A stretch of 24,704 nucleotides of DNA. Origin: a virus (Duplodnaviria > Caudoviricetes). Where the stretch lies: positions 1 through 24,704 of IMG/VR virus record IMGVR_UViG_3300037506_000050. The stretch is one strand, 5' to 3'. The stretch's first letter is position 1, and the number at the start of each line of letters is the position of its first letter. This document shows, piece after piece, positions 16,149 through 22,359 of the stretch. Below the pieces are notes generated by a model. It worked only from the letters and a program-made list of their open reading frames with translations. It was not told the origin of the DNA and made no database searches. Both the position numbers and the translations under genes were made by a program.

Positions 16149-17693
16149 GTGGGCCGCGCCGTTCGTCACGGAGCGTTCGTCGATCTGGAGCATGCTCTCG
16201 GCCGGCGGCTGAAGGCGTCGTGGCGTCGCGAGTTCGCGCTTGTCGGCAAGGCGCTTACGGCGGCGTTGGCGAAGGGAGACTACGCGGCAGCCCATGCGGC
16301 GGTAGACGAGATCGACATGACCCCGGTGGTCAAGCGCCACCTGAAGCTGGCGAAGACGATGGGCGCCTCGGCGATGTTGCTCGGCGCGGGGGCGCTGGCA
16401 GAGCAGCGGTATACCAGCGTCTACAAGAAGCTGCCGAGGCAGGTGCTCGACTCGGGCCTGAACCAGTTGGAGATCATGTTGGCGCGTAACGCCACCGCGT
16501 TCGTGCGTCATCGCGGGCACCAGAAGATCGAGAAGGCCCGGCAGAAGATGGCGTTGATCGAGCATCGGCGGGTGGCGAAGTATTCCCCGGAGCAGCCGCG
16601 CGAGCCGGCCAGCTACTCGGAGGGCGGGCAGTGGGTCTCAACCGGTGGTTTCCCGGCGGTGCGCAAGCACACGCCCGGCGGTCACGAGCATGACCAGAGT
16701 ACGCACGGGAACCACGGGGGCGCGGCCGGTCTCTCCTTGCGCGAGCAGCAGATCGTGAGTCCGGAGTTCAAGGCGTGGTGCGGCGACAGTAAGGTGGTGA
16801 ACCGCGCCACCGGCAACCGCGGCACCTTCGACCCTGATGACCCGGACATCACCAAGCACCTCCCCGGCCAGCATGACCAAGAGAGCCACGGCAACTGGGC
16901 GCACGGTGGCGAGCGTCCGCAGTACGACCCTACGGCTGGTACAGAGAGCGGGCGATTCGGTGCTGCGAAGTCCGCGGCCATCATCAAGGCCCGTAAGGAA
17001 CCTATCAGCGAGATGCAGCGGCAGTCGCAGGAGCGCGCACTGGCCGACAAGTTGGCCGCACTCCCGGACTCGATCCAGTTGATTTCCGAGTCGCCGCGCC
17101 GCGTGCGCCTCGCCATCGAGGTCAGCGGCGACCAGTTCATGGGCCTCGGTGCTTCTGTGCATCTGTCGCGGATGCGCTCCTATGGGTTTCTCCAGGAGGC
17201 GGTCGAGCGGGGGCTGGAGCAGTACGCCATCACGGCGGTGCTCGATGAAAGAACGACCAAAATTTGTGAGGCGTTGCACGGTCGCGTGTTCGATGTTGGG
17301 CAGGGCTTCGCCAAGATGGAGTTCATGATGGGACTGGACGACCCTGATTCCCTCAAGAGTTTCCACCCGTGGCTGCCGAATACCGAGGAAACGAGGGACT
17401 GGATCGAGTCGCAGTCCTCCGAGGATTTGGCCGCGGCCGGGTTGGCGCTCCCGCCCTTCCACGTCATGTGCCGTTCCGTCTGCGTACCGCTCGACCAGAA
17501 CCCGGAGTCCAGCCCGGATCTGGACCCGGTGGAGCGGGCTCTGATAGACGTGGAGCGTGACCTGTTTCAGGTCCGTACCGTCAGGGCCCTCGACAGGGCC
17601 CATGAGTTTCTGCGGGCGCTGTTCGGGGATGTAGCCTTGGGTCATGCCGCGGACTACGCCGAAAAACTCGCTGAGGATCTCTGGGGCGGTTAG
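16149..17693 (+). CDS. Minor head protein (MuF / SPP1 gp7-like) with internal tag insertions
   Basis: YAITAVLDERTTKICEALHGRVF...LPPFHVMCRS MuF signature; located between portal and protease. Confidence 0.88.
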   Translation: MGRAVRHGAFVDLEHALGRRLKASWRREFALVGKALTAALAKGDYAAAHAAVDEIDMTPVVKRHLKLAKTMGASAMLLGAGALAEQRYTSVYKKLPRQVLDSGLNQLEIMLARNATAFVRHRGHQKIEKARQKMALIEHRRVAKYSPEQPREPASYSEGGQWVSTGGFPAVRKHTPGGHEHDQSTHGNHGGAAGLSLREQQIVSPEFKAWCGDSKVVNRATGNRGTFDPDDPDITKHLPGQHDQESHGNWAHGGERPQYDPTAGTESGRFGAAKSAAIIKARKEPISEMQRQSQERALADKLAALPDSIQLISESPRRVRLAIEVSGDQFMGLGASVHLSRMRSYGFLQEAVERGLEQYAITAVLDERTTKICEALHGRVFDVGQGFAKMEFMMGLDDPDSLKSFHPWLPNTEETRDWIESQSSEDLAAAGLALPPFHVMCRSVCVPLDQNPESSPDLDPVERALIDVERDLFQVRTVRALDRAHEFLRALFGDVALGHAADYAEKLAEDLWGG

Positions 17694-17711
17694 GGTTGGA
17701 TGAGGTAGGCT
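17694..17711 (+). promoter_or_regulatory. Putative late promoter GGTTGGATG-agg-TAGGCT
   Basis: Recurrent motif 30 nt upstream of the protease start. Confidence 0.6.
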
Positions 17712-17741
17712 GGGCCCGGGATACCACCGGAGGCACCAGTC

Positions 17742-18317
17742 ATGAGGAGTCGCGTTACCTTCGCCAAGCTCGACCCGCGCAAGCAGATCGCTATTGGCGC
17801 CGTCTACGAGCCGGGTATCGTGGACTCGCAGGGCGACTTCATGACCGCGGAGGTCATCGAGAAGATGGCCCATGACTTCATGCGCGGCGGGCGGATGAAG
17901 GCGGTCGACGAGGAGCACAACCTCAGCGAGACCGGGGCCTGCATTGTCGAGAGCTTCATTGCCCGGGAGGGCGACCCGGACTTCCCGGCCGGCTCTTGGG
18001 TGGCCGCGGTACACATCCCTGACAAGAACTTATGGGCCAAGGTCGAGGGCGGCCAGATCAACGGCTTTTCCGTGTTCGGCTCAGGTCGGCGGGAGGAGCG
18101 GACCGTGGAGATCGACGTACCCGACGACGGGGTTCTCAAGGGCGAGACGTTCGGTGACGACCATCGGCACTCCTTCGCGTTGCGCTTCGCGCCGACCGGT
18201 GAGTTCACGGGCGGAGATACGGACGAGCAGGGTGGTCATACCCACAAGATTGTCGGCGGCACGATCACTGAGCCGGCTGAAGACGGTCACGTGCACCGGT
18301 TCGTCTGGGGCGGGTAG
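17742..18317 (+). CDS. XkdF-like prohead serine protease with His-rich C-terminus
   Basis: VYEPGIVDSQGDFMTAEVIEKMAHDFM, DEEH, IVESFIA, GSWV and LWAKVEGGQINGFSVFG; GGAGG RBS. Confidence 0.88.
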   Translation: MRSRVTFAKLDPRKQIAIGAVYEPGIVDSQGDFMTAEVIEKMAHDFMRGGRMKAVDEEHNLSETGACIVESFIAREGDPDFPAGSWVAAVHIPDKNLWAKVEGGQINGFSVFGSGRREERTVEIDVPDDGVLKGETFGDDHRHSFALRFAPTGEFTGGDTDEQGGHTHKIVGGTITEPAEDGHVHRFVWGG

Positions 18318-18320
18318 AGA

Positions 18321-18341
18321 TTTCCCGTTCTGAACGGGAAA
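18321..18341. promoter_or_regulatory. 21-bp palindrome copy 3 (perfect: TTTCCCGTTC-T-GAACGGGAAA)
   Basis: 10-bp perfect arms, intergenic after the protease stop. Confidence 0.75.
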
Positions 18342-18348
18342 AGTGTTA

Positions 18349-18774
18349 ATGGCAGCCCAGCGTAAGACCCGTGTGGTTCGGCAGGACGAGCCAAAGGCGG
18401 TTTCGCACCAGTACCGGGCATGGGCGCTGGCCATTCTCGGTACCCTGATCGGGACGGCCGTGATACAGGGGGTGCGCTCGTGGGTGGATGCGGACGCCTA
18501 CGATGACGAGGTGCGGCAGATCGTTGAGCCTGTGGCTGACACGGCCAACCAAAGCCTGCAGAGCGTCCAGACCCTGCAGGTGGATCTGGCGCGGCTTGCG
18601 TTGGAAGGGCAGGAGGCCAATGTGGAGAAGGAGGTCTACCGGCTGGAGACCGAGCGCGAGGCCGACCCGGCGGGGTGGAAGCCAAGGGATGAGGAGCGCT
18701 TGCGTGATATGCGCGAGCGGCTGGGGAAGGTCAGGCGGCAGCTGGAGAAGTTGGATGGTAATTCGGCGCCGTGA
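18349..18774 (+). CDS. Single-TM coiled-coil protein
   Basis: WALAILGTLIGTAVI hydrophobic segment followed by heptad repeats. Confidence 0.65.
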   Translation: MAAQRKTRVVRQDEPKAVSHQYRAWALAILGTLIGTAVIQGVRSWVDADAYDDEVRQIVEPVADTANQSLQSVQTLQVDLARLALEGQEANVEKEVYRLETEREADPAGWKPRDEERLRDMRERLGKVRRQLEKLDGNSAP

Positions 18775-19108
18775 CTTGCTGGCGCATGGGTACATGCCCC
18801 GCGTGGAGCGGGCGATTGCCCGTGGGCTGATCCCCTCGTATGGGAGCCCCAAGGTGCATGTCGTGCACGATGAGGGTTGTCAGATTCTGGCGGAGGGGAA
18901 GGAGTGCGAGTGTGAGCACCCTGTTGTGTACATCACCACCGTTGGTGGTCGGATGTACCTGCGCTCGGACGGGGCAGGTGTAGATGACTCGCCGCCGTTC
19001 GGCGGGCAGTTGTTTAGCGATTATGTACCGGCAAGGAAGCCGGAAGAAAAGGAGCCGGGAGAAAAGGAGTCGGGAGAGAACAAATCGGAGCAGCACACGA
19101 GGTACTGA
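18755..19108 (+). CDS. Hypothetical protein with HD..C..C.C metal-binding motif
   Basis: GGAG RBS before ATG 18755; VHDEGC...ECECEHP. Confidence 0.6.
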   Translation: MVIRRRDLLAHGYMPRVERAIARGLIPSYGSPKVHVVHDEGCQILAEGKECECEHPVVYITTVGGRMYLRSDGAGVDDSPPFGGQLFSDYVPARKPEEKEPGEKESGENKSEQHTRY

Positions 19109-19111
19109 ACC

Positions 19112-19915
19112 ATGGGTTATTTCCAGCGTTGGCGGATCAGTAAAGAGTGGATTGAGGAAGATCACCCGCGGCATCCTCCGGGCAGTCCGGAGGGTGGTCA
19201 GTTTGCCGCGAAAGAGCTTGCCGCGGCGGCCGGTCGGGAACTGGTTGGCACGCCCGGCAATCAGCGTCGATTCTTCATGGGCTCGCGTGAGGAACGGAGT
19301 AAACGCGGCGATATTGTCATGGTTAATGATCGACCGCACCTTGTCGTGCTGGCCGAGAAGCCGCGGCGCGTTACCGAGGACGAGATCGAAGACCTCGACG
19401 CATGGAGTGAGTACCCGCGAGGTCCGGGCTGGTATCAGGTCGTGACCTTGCAGGAGGTCGCGATGTTGCCGGCGGAAAAGCAACGGGCTGCGGTCAAGGA
19501 CACCGCGCAGCAGGCGCATGATTTCTTGGAAGAGATCATGCGCACGAACTACAAGAGTGATAAATGGCATCGTGTTCCTGAGCGGGAAGCGTCGGAGAGG
19601 GGGTTGCCGCGGGAGTTCCTGTCCCGATTGCGCGTGAATGAGATGACGAACTCTGGAGCCGATCTTGATCGCGGCACTCTCACTGTAACGGCTGATGAGG
19701 TGTGGTTCTATCACGGTGGTTCTTACGATGATTACCGCGCATCAGCGGCGGTGAGTCGCGATCCTGAGATTCGCCGGCAGGCGTTGGATTTGATTACTCG
19801 CGTTGACGCGTTCGCGGTGGTGGAAGAGCGGGGAGTGAAACAGCTGTCGGCAGCGGTTGCCGAACGTGGTCGTGCTCCCGCGCGACGGAGGGTCACGTTG
19901 CAACGCCTGGGGTAG
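19112..19915 (+). CDS. Hypothetical protein with N-terminal leader/tag (candidate capsid cargo)
   Basis: Starts MGYFQRWRISKEWIEEDHPRHPPGSPEGGQF, shared with the next gene and similar to a MuF insert. Confidence 0.75.
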   Translation: MGYFQRWRISKEWIEEDHPRHPPGSPEGGQFAAKELAAAAGRELVGTPGNQRRFFMGSREERSKRGDIVMVNDRPHLVVLAEKPRRVTEDEIEDLDAWSEYPRGPGWYQVVTLQEVAMLPAEKQRAAVKDTAQQAHDFLEEIMRTNYKSDKWHRVPEREASERGLPREFLSRLRVNEMTNSGADLDRGTLTVTADEVWFYHGGSYDDYRASAAVSRDPEIRRQALDLITRVDAFAVVEERGVKQLSAAVAERGRAPARRRVTLQRLG

Positions 19916-20020
19916 CAGATCGTGATCGCTGACGGGTTCTGGTGTCGTTCTGCAGGAGTTGTGATAGGCGTTGGGGCCTAGTGTTACTCGACATGGCTGA
20001 GACTGATAGGAGATCGTGAC

Positions 20021-20917
20021 GTGGGGTTTTTCCAGCGGTGGCGCATTGCTAAGGAATGGCGCGAGGAAGATCATCCTCGTGATGAGGATGGCAGGTTCAC
20101 CGAGTCCGGTTCAGCGGGCGGGGATGGCGGCGATATCTCGCATGATGATCTGCGCGACCCGTCAGGGCCCATCTTCATCAACGGCAGGGAGTTCAAGCCG
20201 AACAAGGATGGTAAGTACGACGTCGGCGATGACATCGACGCCGCTATTCAGCTGATCGCGAAGGAGAAGGATGTCATCCTCGACCAGCCGCGCGAGATCG
20301 CCACGCTGTTGGAGAAGATGGAGAAGTACGTGTCAGATATGGTGATGCGAGGCGAGAAGGCCACAGTGTTGGACATTTGTCGGGTCTCGGTGCCGGGCAC
20401 AAACCTGTTCTGTGCCGAGAATAAGGGCATTCCTCGCGTTCAGATGCCGCAGTTGAAGGGCGTGCCGATCCCGGGTTCCCCGGCGGACAAGCTGCCGCGA
20501 GATGTGCGCGGTGAAGTGGATGTTAGCAAGCAGTTTCGTGAGCACCTTGAGCAACAGGGCTTTGAGGTCACGGATACCAGCGAAGGGGCCGCGTTCCTGC
20601 GCGCAACCCAGCGGGACATGAACGGCGGCAAGATTGCAGGCATTGCCAAGGCGTACATGAACGGGACGCTCGCTGATGAGCGGATTTTCGTGGATCGTGC
20701 GGGTTACATCATCGACGGGCACCATCGTTGGGGCGCGCAGGTGGCGGTCAGCTACGCGAGCAACACCTACGTGCCCGTGAAGGTGGCGCGGATCGACGCT
20801 GACATCGGCACACTCATCACGATGGCGAAGGACTTTGCAAAGACAATGGGCATTCCACAGGCTGACGTGAGCAAAGCGGTGCGGCTGCCATGCGCGGGAG
20901 GCGCGTGCGGGCGGTGA
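20021..20917 (+). CDS. ParB/Srx-like domain protein with N-terminal leader/tag
   Basis: AGGAG RBS; MGFFQRWRIAKEWREEDHPRDEDGRF; GIPRVQMPQ, LRATQ and IFVDRAGYIIDGHHRW. Confidence 0.8.
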   Translation: MGFFQRWRIAKEWREEDHPRDEDGRFTESGSAGGDGGDISHDDLRDPSGPIFINGREFKPNKDGKYDVGDDIDAAIQLIAKEKDVILDQPREIATLLEKMEKYVSDMVMRGEKATVLDICRVSVPGTNLFCAENKGIPRVQMPQLKGVPIPGSPADKLPRDVRGEVDVSKQFREHLEQQGFEVTDTSEGAAFLRATQRDMNGGKIAGIAKAYMNGTLADERIFVDRAGYIIDGHHRWGAQVAVSYASNTYVPVKVARIDADIGTLITMAKDFAKTMGIPQADVSKAVRLPCAGGACGR

Positions 20918-20964
20918 GCTACTGGTTTCGATGGGGCCCGTTGAGGCATGGCGACCATGACTAG
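20914..20964 (+). pseudogene. Remnant leader/tag micro-ORF MSYWFRWGPLRHGDHD*
   Basis: GTGA overlap with the ParB-like stop; HGDHD followed by TAG where the 24345 copy has CAG (HGDHDQ). Confidence 0.5.
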
Positions 20965-20972
20965 ATCAGCGC

Positions 20973-21254
20973 GTGCGGACCATCTTGTTCGCGAGTCTGC
21001 TGGGGGCAGACTACACCGTCGAGTCTCCTGATGCGAAATGGCGGACTCTGGTGGCGAAGGCCGACGAGGGGGTGCGTCAGGTCGTGGCGATGCAGCGGCA
21101 GATGTCGGCCCATGGTCTAGCGCAGGTACCACCAGATGTCAGTTCTCTGGAGGACCTTGTCCGGGTGATGGGGGTGAGGACCTACCGAAAGTGGCTGAAC
21201 GAGGCCAACCCGCCCGGTGAGGTGCGAGCATTGCTGGGGAGGTTTCAGTCATGA
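20973..21254 (+). CDS. Hypothetical protein (possibly the orphaned C-terminus of the remnant gene)
   Basis: 93-aa ORF with no clear RBS; ATGA overlap with the next ORF. Confidence 0.5.
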   Translation: MRTILFASLLGADYTVESPDAKWRTLVAKADEGVRQVVAMQRQMSAHGLAQVPPDVSSLEDLVRVMGVRTYRKWLNEANPPGEVRALLGRFQS

Positions 21255-21385
21255 CACCCACGTGGACCCGGCGCCCGGCCGGTAGCGATAGCTGGATTGA
21301 CCCGCCGGTCACCCCGTTCTCGACCGAGGAGGAGCTGTTGGAAACCGTTCGCGACCAGAGCCACCCGCAGTGGTGGGATATGTAA
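21251..21385 (+). CDS. Small hypothetical protein (44 aa, WIDPPVTPFSTEEE; not in the ORF track)
   Basis: GGAGG RBS, ATGA overlap, TAA at 21383-21385. Confidence 0.55.
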   Translation: MTPTWTRRPAGSDSWIDPPVTPFSTEEELLETVRDQSHPQWWDM

Positions 21386-21390
21386 CTTAG

Positions 21391-21417
21391 AGATTTCCCG
21401 TGCTGAACGGGAAATCT
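21391..21417. promoter_or_regulatory. Palindrome copy 4 (AGATTTCCCG-TGCTGAA-CGGGAAATCT)
   Basis: 10-bp perfect outer arms; core 21394-21414; upstream of the scaffold/capsid operon. Confidence 0.75.
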
Positions 21418-21427
21418 TCCGCAAAAA

Positions 21428-21445
21428 GGTTGGAGGACCTACGCT
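21428..21445 (+). promoter_or_regulatory. Putative late promoter GGTTGGAGG-acc-TACGCT
   Basis: 13 nt after the palindrome core, the same spacing as copy 1. Confidence 0.65.
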
Positions 21446-21480
21446 TGCCCAATGGTGCTGGGCGCGTGTAGGAAGTCGCT

Positions 21481-22335
21481 GTGAAGGTCCGGCTTGTCGG
21501 GAACGAAATTCTCGACCCAGACATCAAGTTCATCTCGCTAGTCAAACGCGGGGCCAATCGGTCCCCGTTTCGCATCCTCAAAGCCGAAAACCTGCCGCCG
21601 GAGCTGCAGGGTCGCGCTGATTTGCCTGTCCAGCCAGAGGTTGGAGGGGTTACAAGCACAACGGGTGGGGCAATCGCCGCGCAGGTCGAGCAAACGGAGA
21701 TCACGATGACAGAACGGCAGGTCGTGAAAGAGGACATGCAACCGCAGGACGTGCCGGCTCCCGAGCCGGACGCCGCGATGTCGGCCGGTGTGGCCGGTAA
21801 GGTCAAGGATGGCATGACGGTGGAGGAGGCCCGGGCGGCCAAGCCGCAGGGTATCCAGAAGGGCACCCGCAAGGTCAGGGTGGGTGACGCCGTCATCGCC
21901 AAGGACTACGAGTACGAGTGGTGCGGTGACGATGAGGTGTTCCTTCGCTGGATCGAGGTTGCCAAGACCGAGGAGCCGCCGCGCGATACCAGCGAGGCGG
22001 ATGCTGTTGTGCAGTCGCTGCCCAGCAAGGTCGAGGCACTGACCAGCAAGGTCGAGGCACTGACCAGCAAGGTCGAGGCACTGACCAGTTCTATAGCCGA
22101 GTTTAACAAGGCGCTGACGTCACAGGCGGAGCGGCTGGCGGCTGCTGAGCAGGTGGCCAAGGCCGCCGACGAGCGGGCGCGCGGAACGGTGGTGACCAGC
22201 CACACGGCCAGCCTCGATGAGTCGCTGGGCGTGCTGGCCCGGGATCGCAAGCGGGTGGTGGAGAAGTCGAGCGCAGGCGCAGATTTCTGGGATGGGATTC
22301 TGTCCGAGTTCGATCTGATGGATCGGGCAGGTTAA
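21481..22335 (+). CDS. Capsid scaffold protein with N-terminal protease-like ISLV..GAN segment
   Basis: Immediately precedes the MCP; acidic coiled coil; ILDPDIKFISLVKRGANRSPFRILK N-terminus; FWDGIL C-terminus. Confidence 0.75.
   Translation: MKVRLVGNEILDPDIKFISLVKRGANRSPFRILKAENLPPELQGRADLPVQPEVGGVTSTTGGAIAAQVEQTEITMTERQVVKEDMQPQDVPAPEPDAAMSAGVAGKVKDGMTVEEARAAKPQGIQKGTRKVRVGDAVIAKDYEYEWCGDDEVFLRWIEVAKTEEPPRDTSEADAVVQSLPSKVEALTSKVEALTSKVEALTSSIAEFNKALTSQAERLAAAEQVAKAADERARGTVVTSHTASLDESLGVLARDRKRVVEKSSAGADFWDGILSEFDLMDRAG
22022..22088 (+). repeat. Perfect 21-bp tandem repeat, 3.2 copies (CCAGCAAGGTCGAGGCACTGA), encoding the heptad SKVEALT
   Basis: Directly visible. Confidence 0.95.
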
Positions 22336-22359
22336 CTGTAGGAAACATGGAGAAGTGGC

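Noticed and set aside
15910-16212. 100-aa ORF in the track
   Set aside because: Overlaps both neighbours and has poor composition; the 15995-16144 frame fits better.
781-18014. Long minus-strand ORFs (e.g. 781-2076, 2367-3413, 6540-8003, 16638-18014)
   Set aside because: Antisense shadows of GC3-rich + strand genes; no recognisable motifs.
19969-19984. CGTTGGGGCCTAGTGT as another late promoter before 20021
   Set aside because: Two bases short of the conserved spacing; insufficient support.
2711-21417. Palindromes as transposon ends, att sites or classical terminators
   Set aside because: No transposase or integrase in the window, no target duplications, and no U-tract on the coding strand.
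22022-22088. Direct repeats as a CRISPR array
   Set aside because: No spacers; in-frame coding tandem repeat.
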